Source: the human T2T-CHM13v2.0 reference genome, Homo sapiens. Taken from it: DNA of 64,000 nt. The notes beneath the pieces are model-generated. The model saw only the letters and a program-made list of their open reading frames with translations. It was not told the DNA's origin and searched no databases. Positions 1-13,443 of this stretch are shown piece after piece (the first letter of the stretch is position 1; every line of letters starts with the position of its first letter). The DNA lies in NCBI RefSeq assembly GCF_009914755.1, contig NC_060930.1; one strand, 5' to 3'. Both the position numbers and the translations under genes were made by a program.

Positions 1-398
1 GTCTTTCTTCATGAGATCCACTTTTTAAGATATCACATATGAGTGAAAACATGTAATATGTATATTTTTGTGCTTGGCTTATTTCATTTAACATAATTAC
101 TTCCATTTCCATTCATATTGATGCAAATGACAGTATCTCATTCTTTTATAATGCTAAATAATATTCCATTGTGTGTATATACTCCATTTTCTTTATTCAT
201 TCATCCACTGATAGGCACTTTAGTTCATTCCATATTTTGGTTATTATGAAGTTTTTCAGTAAACATGGAAATGCAGATATATCTTTGATATGTTGATTTT
301 CTTTATTTTAGATATATACCCAGGAGTGGAGTTGCAAAATCATATGGTAGTTCTACTTTTAGTTTTTGGAAGTACCTCTATACTGTTTTCCATAGTGA

Positions 399-783
<385 letters not shown>

Positions 784-840
784 TGTTTGTTGTTGGTTTT
801 TTGTTTTTGAGACAGTGTCTGGCTCTGTTGCTCAGGCTTG
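784..840 (-). mobile_element. Severely 5'-truncated Alu fragment (tail plus ~30 nt of 3' end)
   Basis: ttttgagacagtgtctggctctgttgctcaggct follows the AluSc directly, then L1 sequence resumes. Confidence 0.75.
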
Positions 841-2934
841 ATATTCCATTTTAAATAAAAGCCATTTTAACTGGGTAAGATGTGGTTTTTATTTGCATTG
901 GTAATATTGAACATTTTTAACATATCTGTTGGCCATTTTTATGTCTTCTTTTGAGAAATGTCTATTCAGATACTTTGCCAATTTTTTGATCCGTTTTTTT
1001 GCTATTGTTTGGGTTCCTTATATATTCTAGTTAGTAGTCGTCAGATAGTTGCCAAATATTGTCTCTTCATTCTGTGTCTTCACTTTGTTGGCTGTGTCTT
1101 TTGCTGGGTGGATGCTTCTTCACTTGATATAATCCCATTGGTCTATTTATGCTTTGGTTGCCTGTGCTTTTGAGGTCTTACATACAAACCCTTCCAGACC
1201 ATTGTCCTGAAGAGTTTCCCCAAAGTTTTATTTTAGTTGTTTCATAGTTTGGGGTCTTATATTTAAGTCTTTAATCCATTTGAGTATGATTTTCATATGT
1301 GGTGAAAGATAGAAATCTAGTTTCATTCTTCTAGATGTGAATATCAGTTTTCACAACACCACTTATTGAAGAGACTCTTTTTCACCAATGTATGCTCTTG
1401 GCAACTTTGTTGAAAAGTATTTGACTGTAAATGCATGGATTTATTTGTGGTTCTCTAGTCTGTTCCATTGGTCCATTTGTCTATTTTTATGCCAGTACCA
1501 TGTTGTTTAGGTTGCTATAGCTTTGCAGTACATTTTGAAGTCAGGCATTGTGATGCCTCCAGCTTTGTTCTTTTTGCTCAGGATTGCTTTGGCTATCCAG
1601 GGTCTTTTGTGTTCCATATAAATTTGAAGATTTTTTTTTATTTCTATGAAGAATATCACTGGTATTTGGACAGAAATTCATAGAATCTATAAATTGCTTT
1701 GGATAGTATTCCCATCTTGACAATATTATTTTAATTCGTGAGCATGGAATATGTTTTCTCTGGGTTGTTTCAAATTTTTTTCATCAGTGTTTATTATGGT
1801 TTTCTTGTATAGATTTTTCACTTCTGTGGTTAAATTTATTTCTAGATATTTGATATTCTTTGTAGGTATGGGATATACTTCTTGATTTCTTTTATAGATT
1901 CTTCATTGTTAGCATGTATAAATGCTACTGATTTTTGTATATTGATTTTAGTATCCTGCACCTTTGCTGAATTTATTTCAGTTCTAACAGTTTTCTGGTG
2001 GAGTCTTTAGGTTTTTCTAAATATAAGATTATGTCATCTGTAGACAATGTGAATTTGACTTCTTCCTTTCCAATTTAAATGCCTTTTATTTCTTTCTCTT
2101 GCCTAATTTCCCTGGCCAGGACTTCCAGTATTATGTTGAATAAAAGTGATGAAAGTGGCCATATTTCTTAGAGAGTTGTCTTTCAATTTTTTCTCTTTCA
2201 GTGTGATGTTGGTTGTGTGTTTGTTATATATGACCTTTATTATTTTGATGTATGTTTTTTCTATATCCAGTTGAGAATTTTTTTTCTCAAGGAAATGCTG
2301 AATTTTATCAAGGGCTTTTTCAGCATCTACTGAAATAATCGCAGGATATTTTTTGTGGTTCTGATAATGTGATGTATCATGTTTATTGATTTGCATATGT
2401 TGAACCATACTTGCATCCCTGAAATGAATAATGCTTGATTGTGGTGAATAATCTTTTGAAGTGTTGTTGAATTAGGTTTGCTATTATTTTGTTGAGAATT
2501 TTTGCATGTATGTCTATCAGTGATACTGGCCTGTAGTTTTCTTTTTTTGTTGTTTCTTTGTCTGGTTTGGGTGTCAGGGTAATGCTGATCTTGTAGAATG
2601 GTTTGGAAGTATTCCCCCCTTTCCAATTTTTTGATGCAGTTAAGTAGAATTTGTACTAGCTCTTTAAAAGTTTGGGAGAATTCAGTAGTGGATTCATCAG
2701 ATCTGGGGTTTTCTTGAATGAAAGACTTTTATTACAGCTTTGACCTCATTTCAGGTTAGTGGTTTGTTAAGGTTTTCAATTTCTTAATGGTTCCATCTTG
2801 GTTGGTTGTATGTGTCCAGACATTTATCCATTTCTGCTAGGTTTTCTTATTTGTTGGCATACAGTGATTCATAACATTCTCTATTCTTTGTATTTCTATG
2901 GTCTCAGTTGCTTTGTCAACTTTTCTGTTTCTAA

Positions 2935-3225
2935 TTTTTTTTTTTTTTTTTTTGAGATGGAGTCTAGCTCTGTCGCCAGGCTGGAGTGCAGTGGCGTGAT
3001 CTCGGCTCACTGCCACCTTTGCCTCCTGGGTTAAAGTGATTCTCCTGCCTCAGCCTCCCAAGTAGCTGGAACTACAAGCGAATGCAGCTAATTTTTTTTG
3101 TATTTTTAGTAGAGACAGGGTTTCACTGTGTTGGCCAGGATGGTCTCGATCTTCTGACCTTGTGATCTGCCTGTCTCGGCCTCCCAAAGTGTTGAGATTA
3201 CAGGCATGAGCCACCGCGCCTGGCC
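2935..3225 (-). mobile_element. Alu (AluSc-like)
   Basis: Poly-T tail, gtcgccaggctgg, ggatggtctcgatc; flanking ctgtttct duplication. Confidence 0.93.
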
Positions 3226-4602
3226 CTGTTTCTGGTTTCATGTGTTTGAGTCTTCTCTCCTGTTTTCTTATTTAGTTTAGTCAAAAGTTTGTTGATTTTG
3301 TTTAACTTTTCAAAAAAATCAACTTTTTGTTTATCTTTTGTAATTGTTCTTTAGTTTTAATTTATTTCTGATTTGATCTGTATTATTTCTTGCCTTCTAG
3401 TAATTTTGGGTTTGCTTTATTCTTGCTTTTCTAGTTCTTGAGGTATATCTTTAGTTTACTTAAGGTATCACATAATTTAAAGTATTTCTACTTTGTTGAT
3501 ATAGGCATTGATTGCTGTAAACTTCCCTCTTAGTACTGCTTTATCTGTATCTCATTGATTTTGGTATGCTGTTTTTTCATTTTCATTTGTTTCAGAAATT
3601 TTAAATTTTTCTTCATAATTTCTTTACTAACTCATTGGTCATTTTAGAGCATGTTGTTTAATTTCCATGTGTCTGTAGTTTCTGAGGTTCCTCTTGTTAT
3701 TAATTTAATGTTTTATTCTATTGTATTCAGAAAAGTTACTTGATATGATTTCTAATTTTTTTTACGTGTTGAGAACTGTTTCGTGGGCCAAGATGTGGTC
3801 TATTCAGGAGAATTATTTATGTGCTGCTGAAAATAATGTGTATTCTGCCACCACTGGGGGAAAATTTCTGTTAATGTCAATTAGCCCTATTTGGTCCAGT
3901 GTATAGATATTTATTTGTTGATTTATGTCTGGATGATCTGTTTATTACTGAGAGTGGGGTGTTGAAGTCCTCTGCTGTTATGCTATGGCAGTATTTATTT
4001 CCCTTTAGATTTGTTAATGTTTGCTTTATAGATTTGAGTGATACAGGGTTGGGTGCAGAGATATTTATAACTATATCTTCTTTCTGAACTGACCACTTTA
4101 TCATTATATAGTGACCTTTCTAGCTAATTTTTTATATCTTGTACATATTTGCTCCATTTCATTCTTTTTCTTTTTTCCTCTGACTGTGTATTTTCAAATA
4201 GCCGATCTTGGAGCTCACTGAGTCTTTCCTCTGCTTCATCAAGTCTACTGTTACGAGTTGTTAATGAATTTTTCAGTTCAGCAAATATGTTTCTCAGTTC
4301 CAATATATGCCTTTTTTTATATTTCAATCTTTTTGTTAAATGTCTCTGATAAATATCTGACTTGCTTTTCTGTGTTATCTTGGAGATTACTGAGTGTTCT
4401 TAAAACTGCTATTTTGAATTTTTGGTTAGAGAGCTCACATATTGCTATGTTGTTGGTATCCATCACTCATTCCTTGCATTGTCTGTTTGGGGAGTGATGA
4501 TTCCCGGTTTGGTGTTGTTTCTTGTAGATGTATGTCTATGTATGTCTATGTCTTTCCATTGAAAGTTTAGTTATTTATTCCAGTTTTCTCTGGTTTTTTT
4601 TG

Positions 4603-4633
<31 letters not shown>

Positions 4634-5359
4634 TGACGTGATTGCTTAGAGGTTCATTGTAATTTTAAAATTTCTTTCCAGCTTAGTTTCTGCCCCCTTT
4701 TAAGCACTAGATGACTTCATAAGCCCAGGTTTGCCTCAGCTGTAGTAATGGACGACAGCTCTGCCCATCCCAAATAAACAGATCTCAGAGGGGATATCCC
4801 TGCAATGTGGGACAGCTGCCTAGGAATTTGTGCCCAGAAGACCCTAGTGTGGAGTTGCTGAACAGCCACTCTGATTTGGCATCTCCTTTGGCTGAGTTAC
4901 AGAGCAGTTTCCAGGACTGTGAATCGTAGTCCTTCCCTTCCCCTTTATTTTTGGCTTTCTCAGAAATTTTTCTCCTTTAGGGACTCTTAATGTTTCCTGT
5001 GGGTGGAGGCAGGGACAGGTCTCCCGTCAGAGAACCCAAGATGGTAGAGAAACTTATTTTCACTTTGATCTCACTTTTTCTAGTATAGAAACTGAGTTGG
5101 GGAGAATTTTTCCACACACTTAGTGCAGGGCTGATTGTGGGGAAAGGGGTGTATAATGGATATGGAAGTCAGATTCTTCTACCATCTGTTTGGAGTTTTT
5201 TTTACTTGTCTGTGGCCCCATGAACTGTTGCATCTTCCTGTTTGAGTTCTGGGATATTGCTGGCAATAACCTCTGTGCTGTATATTTGTTTTTGGTTTTT
5301 TGTGAAGGGTAAGTGAAGCCAGATTGCTACTATGTTGCCATTTTGGAACCAGGAGTCTG

Positions 5360-6585
5360 CTGTTCTTTCTGGATTATCATTATTCTGTTTCTCTTTCTTT
5401 GCTTTTCCGTTGGATTCTTTCTTATTTTATTTATACTGCTTTAAACTAGATCTCTTTTTATAGCTTTCTTAGTGGTTGTTCTGGATATTACAATATACGT
5501 ATGTAATTTATTACAACGTACTCATATTGAAGTATGACTATTTGATTAAGTATTTAAATTTTATTTATATTTAGGTTTCTTTCTCTTTGCACTTATGTAA
5601 TTGTCTGAAGTATTTCCTCTATGTTTATTGAGATCCACATTAGATGGTGTTATGCTTTTTACTTCAGTCATCAAATATGACTTAAGAAGTTCATGAGAAA
5701 TAAGATAATCTAGAATATATATCCTTATTGTTACATATTTAATAGTCCTTCTATTTTTTTAAATCCTCGGCTTCACTCTTTTATATTTTTCTATTTGCTG
5801 AGAGTTTTTGTAGCCCTTTTTAAAGAGTAGGCATTATTTTACCCTTGTCTGAGAATGCCTTGATTTCTCTTTCATTTCTTAAGGATATTTTTGTTAGATA
5901 TAGAATTCGTGGGTGACAGATCTCTTTCTTCACACCTAAAAAATACCAATTATTCCTGGCCTCCATGCTTTAAGAGAAGTTTATTATCATACAAATCAGA
6001 ATTCCCAGATAGGTGATGTGCTCTGTGGTTACTTATATGATATTATCTTTCTCTTTAGTTTTTAGCAGTTTAATTATGCTGTGTGAGTAAATTTTGGGGG
6101 GTATAATGTATTTGGAGTTTGCTCAGCTTCTTGAATCTGTAGGTACATGTCTTTTGCCAAATATGGGGGTTTTTCAGCTATTTTTTAACACATTTTTCAG
6201 CCATGTATTCTTTCTCTTCTTTTTTAGAACTTTGATATTATGAATGTAAGATATTTTATTATTATTCCCAATGTCCATAAGACTTTGTTCATTTTTTTCT
6301 TTAAAGTATACTTTCTCTCTGTTGTTTGAATTGAGTGAAATCTTTTGATCAGTTCTCAAGTTCAGTGATTCTGTCACCAACACTCTATTATGGAGCTCAG
6401 CCAGCAAAGGTTTTTTCTCCTCTTTATTTCTGTTATTATATTCTTTCAGTTCTATAATTTCTGTCTGTTCATTTTCTTATAACTTTTATTTCTTTGCTGA
6501 GATTTTTTAAACTTTTTATTTGTTTCAAACAAATGCAGAATTATTATTGAAGCAATATTATGGTGGCTGCTTTGAAATATTTGTG
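5360..6585 (-). mobile_element. Old L1 (L1M/ME-type) ORF1-region remnant
   Basis: Antisense L1 motifs such as ttcatttcttaaggatatttttgttagatatagaatt; ORF 6174-6407 is ORF1-like (NREK..KNEQSL.DI.NN.K..I). Confidence 0.7.
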
Positions 6586-6589
6586 AGAT

Positions 6590-6785
6590 ATATGCTGAAA
6601 CATTTATGGATTAAATAACATTATATATGGAATTGGCTCCAAAATAATTTGAGGGAGTGTGGGAGGGATATAAATAAAATAAAATTAGCCCAAATTTGGC
6701 AATTGTTAATGCTAAGTTATCAGTACATGGCCATGTTTTATCATATTATTCTCTCCACGTTTGTAAGCATTTAAAATTTTTCATG
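6590..6785 (+). mobile_element. L1ME/MC-type 3' end fragment
   Basis: ggaattggctccaaaataat...tattattctctccacgtttgtaagcatttaaaatttttcat resembles old L1 3' termini. Confidence 0.55.
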
Positions 6786-6913
6786 GTAGGAAATGATGGG
6801 GAAGACTCTGAAATGCACATTGTCCTAGTAGAAAATATTATTTTTTATTCTTACAAATATTATATATAATTGTTGTAAAGATTTGTGGATACCGTAAAAG
6901 AAGTTGGTCTTAC

Positions 6914-7093
6914 TTGTATCTATTTCTCCTTTTTTATTAGAGAGAGAAATCAAATGCAAATAAACAATGAACTCTACATTTTAAAATATAGCTTATGACC
7001 TAGTGCTAATTGGAAGGGGAATTCATCTAGCCCCAAAAAGTAATTTTTATAATAAATATCTCCTGTATTTTGCTCATCTGGGATTCGGTGTCC
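6914..7093 (-). other. Candidate terminal or internal exon E of a minus-strand spliced transcript
   Basis: Acceptor cttgattccctag|GGAC at 7094-7095; minus-strand AATAAA at 6933-6938; alternative donor CAA|gtaaga at 6912-6913. Motif-only. Confidence 0.22.
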
Positions 7094-7864
7094 CTAGGGA
7101 ATCAAGATCTTAAATTCGCATGAACACCTCTTAGAAATAAAATAATGTCATCCTTATACATTACATATATAAATCTTTCTGTGTGTGTATATATATGTAA
7201 AAATGCATGTATAGTTTAAATAAAAATATCTTTGTAACCCAGCACTAGATTTTATATGGAAATTTTGTCTTTATATTCTCCCAGTTTCGTCTTTCTTTTT
7301 TCTTTTATTAATTGGTACATTCAATGTTATTTTGATACATGTAGACAGTTGGCATACATGAACCATCATTTTCAATACAAGCTGGGGATACTCTGTCTTT
7401 GTAACTTAAGTATAATCTGTCAACTTCTATGTATTTCTTTTGTGTTTGTGACAAGACATCAGAAATCAGAAAAATCGTAGTATAATACTTCCCTTATAAA
7501 AGATGTTTTTACTGTTTTACATATTTATATACATTTTTAATCTTCATCTTACATACTTTCTATAAATATTTAATTGTTGATTATAGAAAACTGTATTCTA
7601 ATATTAGTATTGATGGGAGAGAAAGATATCTTTTCACATTACTATTCTGCAAGTGAGTGATGAAGCAATTGTTAGATCACAGGCTTTAGTTATTCTGCCA
7701 TATGTACAATGGTTAGGTGAAGTATTGCATCCTCATCCCTGAAACAAGGTATTTCTCCAGAGAGTAAGACTTCAGACTAGGTCTTGGAGGAGAGGATGCT
7801 CTTCCTCCTGGTGTTTACCAGCCCAGCTCCAGGGACAGAAAGATATTGTGCACAAGCAAAACAG

Positions 7865-7902
7865 AGGTCATACAGCAGTGAGTGAAGTTCATGCAAAGGT
7901 CA
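7865..7902 (+). promoter_or_regulatory. DR5 nuclear-receptor element (RARE-type) plus upstream half-site
   Basis: AGTTCA(7886-91)-tgcaa-AGGTCA(7897-902); extra AGGTCA at 7865-70; AAAGGTCA (NBRE) at 7895-7902. Confidence 0.4.
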
Positions 7903-8746
7903 GTAAAGAAAACTTGCTCTGGGATAAATTAATCAAAGGATCTTCAGGGAAGGTTATTTTTAAACTCAACCTGACTATCTGCATCCCAGCACTATAAGCA
8001 AGTAGTGGTTTCCCACTTAAAACATTGAGTGCTTGTATTTATACATGTTCAAAATAACCTAGCCTAAGTGAAGTGTTCTTGAAAATAAATTTAAACTTCC
8101 TCATTAAAATACTAAATTTGCACATCTATCTTGCTCAAGAGGGAATTTTAGCTGCCTTGTGGTAGAAATTATAGATGAGAGATTATATTAGTGAGCACAT
8201 TTCTAAAAATGCCTTTTGAGTACAAATATAGCTTATTAAGAAGTGAATGGAATGAAATTAAGTACCATGCTGCAACTATTATATTTTTATACTATGTGTG
8301 AAAAACAAACAATAGCAAATTTATATGTAAACCTCTAAGAAAATGAGATAACAAATAATAACTTACACTTACAGAGTTCTCCAAAAGTAATCATTATCAG
8401 AAAATTCTTAAAAAATAGTGCACAAAACAACTTATTAGAAACACAGTAAGACACAGTGCCAAGTGATAAATCTTAGTACCATTTCTGACACGATAATTTT
8501 GCAAAAATCTTATAGCAGTTCTACATGGTTTTTAAAATATTCTTATAAATCAAATAGTTAATAAGACTTTCTCATATCACTGAAATATTTAGAAAATTGT
8601 TATACTTGATGTAGGTTATGTCAATAACAACAAATCAATAATAACACAACTCCTATCTTAAAACATTATCTATGAATAAATCAAGCTGTATTCAGTCAAA
8701 GAGGAGTGCTTTCAGTTTTCTAAGCAATCATTTCATTCACCAATAC

Positions 8747-8924
8747 CTTGTTTTGTGCTCAGTGTAGGAATTGGATAGGCAGTTCCTGTTCAGTCTCCTT
8801 TTGGTGATTGTTGATAGAGCAGACAGAGGGGGTTTCAGAAAGCTGAATATATACTTGAATTCTTGCTCCATTTTTGATCTCTAAATGCATTACTATGCCC
8901 TCATTCATTGGATTTGTTAATGAC
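8747..8924 (-). other. Candidate exon D (178 nt)
   Basis: Acceptor tgctgcttttcctctcaaag|GTC, donor AAG|gtattg; non-repetitive sequence that is less AT-rich than its flanks. Confidence 0.35.
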
Positions 8925-9474
8925 CTTTGAGAGGAAAAGCAGCATTTCATTGCACAACAACAAAAAATCAAGGCACAGAATACAAGTGTGTGCACAGCAA
9001 AGAGACTCAGATCACTATGATACCACACCCATTCATTTTCATTTCCTACAAGACTAGACTCTGCATCTATTTTTGATCAAAGAAATAAAAACAATAATGC
9101 AAAATTATGCATATAATCATTTATACAGCTGGGTTTGTTTTAAGGCTTTTTAACCTCCAGCTTGTTATCTATGTCTGCAAACTGACTGGCAAGGGATAAA
9201 GCAAGTATGGCAACATAAATTCAAACACTCTGCTCCTTCCTGGAGATCTTTGTAAACAAAATCAATATCTGTAGAAAAAGATTGAATTCTTGCATACCTA
9301 AATTCGGAACTTCAGAGATACTCAATAAGGTATTCTGAACTCAATAAGAAAAACTGCTAATGCTATTAGAATAGATAAAATTTACATTTTCTCTGAAAAA
9401 TATCCCTAGGCTTTCTATGAAACCTGGAAAATAGTATCATTTATTTTCAACATATCTGATTTGGTGACTCTGTA

Positions 9475-9476
<2 letters not shown>

Positions 9477-9536
<60 letters not shown>
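9477..9536. repeat. (AT)30 microsatellite
   Basis: Pure dinucleotide run. Confidence 0.98.
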
Positions 9537-9541
<5 letters not shown>

Positions 9542-10329
9542 CTAAAATGCTGTTTTAAATGCACATGAGTATTTGTTTGTACCGTCTACCTAGATACCTA
9601 TTTGTTTCTGTATTCAAGATACTGTATTTTTGAAATAAGGATAATGATTTTTCTATCAGGACACATTGCCATAACACATTCTTAAATAATGAGTACTGGC
9701 AAGACAGGTATTTAGTTGCCAGTCCTTCAATGGAGGGTCTATTAGAGATAGATACGGATAGGTAAGTAGATACAGAGATATGTAATAATTATAATAGCTA
9801 TTATACATTGTAATGCATGTGTGCATGTGTGTGTCTGTGCTATTAAGCATCCATCTTCTAAGATTACCTAGAATTTAGTAACTCAGCTAGTGAACCTGAA
9901 ATTAAAATGTCTAATATTTGCAGGAAATTAGAAATTCTGCAGTTTTCTTCTTGTGGAGTTTTGTTATTGACAGGTTTCTTATTGAATGACATCTATTAAT
10001 TATGATTTAGTTATTTTTAACTTTACAACATCTTCAGGTAGCAAAAGGGAATTAATATTGTGTTTGCTTTAATTTTATGCTTGCATTTATTAGCATCTTG
10101 GATGTCACATGCTTTTACCATTACTAAAACTAAAACTATTCTCCTTAAAGTGCTTCTGCTGTCCACTTTTCTTGGGTACCATCTTGTTTTTAAATTACTA
10201 ATTGATCTCTTGCTTTTGTGTACTCAGAACATTCAGAATGTATTACCTAATAAATTTACGTAAGATTCTCACATATGATAAACTATATCTTATATATCAA
10301 CATAGAAGCATATAAATAATAATTCTTAC

Positions 10330-10398
10330 CTTTTAAAGTCTGGCGATTTGGATATATTTCAGAATATATCTTGTCTAAGAATTCGAAAGCTAATTATT
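10330..10398 (-). other. Candidate exon C (69 nt, stops in all frames)
   Basis: Acceptor ctattcaattttacag|AAT, donor AAG|gtaaga. Confidence 0.3.
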
Positions 10399-10684
10399 CT
10401 GTAAAATTGAATAGTGTTTCATAACCAATCTTAGGTTATCATAAATCACTTAAAGAGATTTCTTTAAGTTCATGAAGAGAGAAAGTCAAATGTATCATGA
10501 GATGATTTTAAAAATAGGCTTAAAAAGAAGCAGCACAACAGCGTGATATGTTATAAATTAGAATACTAATTATTCAACATCCTTTTTAATCTCACACACA
10601 CACACAAATTCCTCTATTGCCTCTGCGTTGGCTGACAGATGCCACATGGAATGTTGGTATATTTTTTTGTGATATAAATTATAC

Positions 10685-10825
10685 CTGTATCTTCAGTGTA
10701 GATTAAAATATCATGTAAATAATTATTGTACACACACTGAAAGCTTTGAACTGTCTGCATGCCTTTGAATGCTCTATTGTGTGCTTTTGGCCCTTTAGTC
10801 TTGGTAGATCTTAATCTTCTTATCA
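10685..10825 (-). other. Candidate exon B (141 nt, phase 1-1, open frame)
   Basis: Acceptor gttttttaaattttag|TG, weaker donor CAG|gtataa; coincides with ORF 10614-10826. Confidence 0.3.
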
Positions 10826-11467
10826 CTAAAATTTAAAAAACTATATACATCATAAAATAATTGACACCTGGTATCTATCACATATAGTGCTTAGTATAGT
10901 ATATATCAATACCTATTAATTATAATTAAAACAAATCATAATAATATTAATATTTATTATAAATTATTTTATGTCATTATCTAGACCTTATATTTTCAAA
11001 AGCCATTCTCTTTTCTTGGTATCAAAAATAGTAGTCTAAAATCTCTTTTCCTGAAAAATCTTCCTTAAGCCAATGTCAAAGATTTCAAACATAGTTGGAA
11101 TGCCATTGTATTCAATTATTGTGGAATGAGTCACACTCACAGATGTGGTAGGAGCCAAAAATCAACTATATTGACAGAAGTCATTAACACTAATTTGCTT
11201 TCTGCCACTGATTTGCTTGCTGCCCCTTGCCTAGTACTTTCCAATTAATTCTAGGCCTTATCTGTGATGCTATTTTGCACTTTATTTTCTACTTTGTCTT
11301 CCAGCCTAAAACGATGCACCTCAAAATTAACAATTACTATTGTTTTCAGGAGCAATTAAAATGATAAGAATAACTGAGCTTAAATTTCACATGACAATAT
11401 AGATGTTTTATCCTTTGAGTATAAATAAATGTTCCTGGTTTACTAGGTTTTAGAAAAACACAATTAA

Positions 11468-11782
<315 letters not shown>

Positions 11783-12230
11783 GATTTTCAAACTTTTAAG
11801 TAATAATTTGCATAAAACAAATTCAATGATTCATTTCTTAAAACCAGTAGAGCACTAAACCTAAAAAAAAAAAAAAAAAAGATATAGCTCCCATTCTTCT
11901 AATTTACTGCATATTAGATTAAACATTGAGTTCTCCAACCCCAAATTTGGCAAAACTATTAGCCTTTTTCCAATTAAATTATTTTTACAAGGAAATAATG
12001 TGTTATCTTTGGTTTTCTTTACTTTCTCCAAGTAAACAAACAAATATATAAAACAACAAGACAATCCATACTTTATTGTATCGTAAATGGGCCACTTAAT
12101 TATTCAAAACTTAATTTTTTTGTATCAAATAGATTACATTACAATTTGGAAATGGGAAGCTAAAAGGTCAATTTTAGAGCTTTAAATCACCAGGCATAGG
12201 TTACTGTGCATTAAGACAGACTGGGCTTAC

Positions 12231-12333
12231 CTTGAAAGAAAATCTCAGGAAAAAGTCCAGAGCAGTTGCCAGACTTTAAGGTTATATTTTCTTTCCAGGG
12301 TAGCATTTTCCTTGAGAACTGCTGACTTTAAAT
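12231..12333 (-). other. Candidate exon A (103 nt) containing ATG at 12306
   Basis: Acceptor gcttcatcttttaaag|ATT, consensus donor AAG|gtaagc. Confidence 0.35.
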
Positions 12334-12653
12334 CTTTAAAAGATGAAGCACAAGCCCATGGTGTCTTATATTAATCTTTATTATTAGTTTTTTCACACAC
12401 TCAAAAATATTAAAAGGCATTTACAGCATGACAGAATGAGGAGCTCCAGCAACCCACACTCCAGCAGAAATGGTGAAAATTACTTAAAAACAATCATTTA
12501 AAGTCTCAGGAAGTGATATGAGGGACATATAGACAAGATATTTATGGAAGAAAATCTACTAGCATTTTGTAAGAACAGTGAGAATTGAGGTATTTGAACT
12601 GAGACTTTCTTCCTACTCATCCTTGTATATTAAGCAAAATAGAAACATCACTC

Positions 12654-13443
12654 TGAAACAGGAGAGTTCCCTGACTCCCCTCCGAGGACATGCAACAGGA
12701 TTGTGACTTGTCTGTTAGGTCGCTGCTGCTGCTCAAACCCCTTATAGGAGGTGGAGCATACAGACGGGCAGGTGTAGGAGCTGGAGTGAGCACCCCTAGG
12801 CTTCAGCCCCATGGCAGCATCCAGGTGTGACAGCCTGTGACTCCCGAAGCCCAAATGGGCATGTGTTAAAGTTCACCCTTTTAGCCTTGCCATCCACGGA
12901 TGGCTTAAGTATTAACCAGCTCAGTGGACCATTTTTTGAAAGGGCAGAGGGCCGGTGTGACAGCTTTCTGTATCCTGAGCTCTTGTCCAGTGTCCCAGAA
13001 GAATCGTGTCACACGGACTTGAAGGATGAATACGGGGGTTTTATTGAGTGGTGGAGGAGACTCTCAGCAGGTTAGATGGGAAGCTGGAAGGGGGATGGAG
13101 TGGGAAGATGATCTTCCGCTGGAGTTTGGCTGCTCAACAGCCAATCTCCTCTCTGACCATCCCCAGCCAAAGTCCACTCGGTGTTCAGATGTCCCTTCTC
13201 TTCTCTCTGCCACACCATTCTTCTGTTGATATGCTCATCTCCTTCTCTACTTCTGGAGCCTGGAGTCAGGGGTTTATATGGGTAGAGGATAGGGGGAATG
13301 GCAGGCCAGAGGCAGCTTTTGGGCTTGAAAACAGGAATGCCTATCCTCATTTTAGGGCTACAGGTATCCAGGCTTGAGAGTGGGGCCTGTGCTGGGGAAC
13401 CACCCTCTTCTACCCAGTAATTCTCTGTCTCCTATCTGTATCA
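12654..13443 (-). mobile_element. ERV1 solo LTR (LTR1/LTR27/MER52 group), 790 bp
   Basis: TG...CA termini; perfect 4-bp TSD ACTC (12650-53, 13444-47); minus-strand start tgatacagataggagacagagaattactgggtagaagaggg; TATA-like at ~13273-79 and AATAAA at 13040-45 on the minus strand. Confidence 0.88.

Noticed and set aside
2103-4327. L1 ORF1/ORF2 fragments as functional CDS
   Set aside because: Frameshifted, stop-ridden and internally deleted; not retrotransposition-competent.
8759-9028. Unspliced 89-aa minus-strand ORF as a gene
   Set aside because: Non-ATG start, and it runs through a polypyrimidine tract; better explained as overlapping candidate exon D.
12648-13377. Cluster of overlapping ORFs
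   Set aside because: All lie inside the GC-richer ERV1 LTR, where stop codons are rarer.
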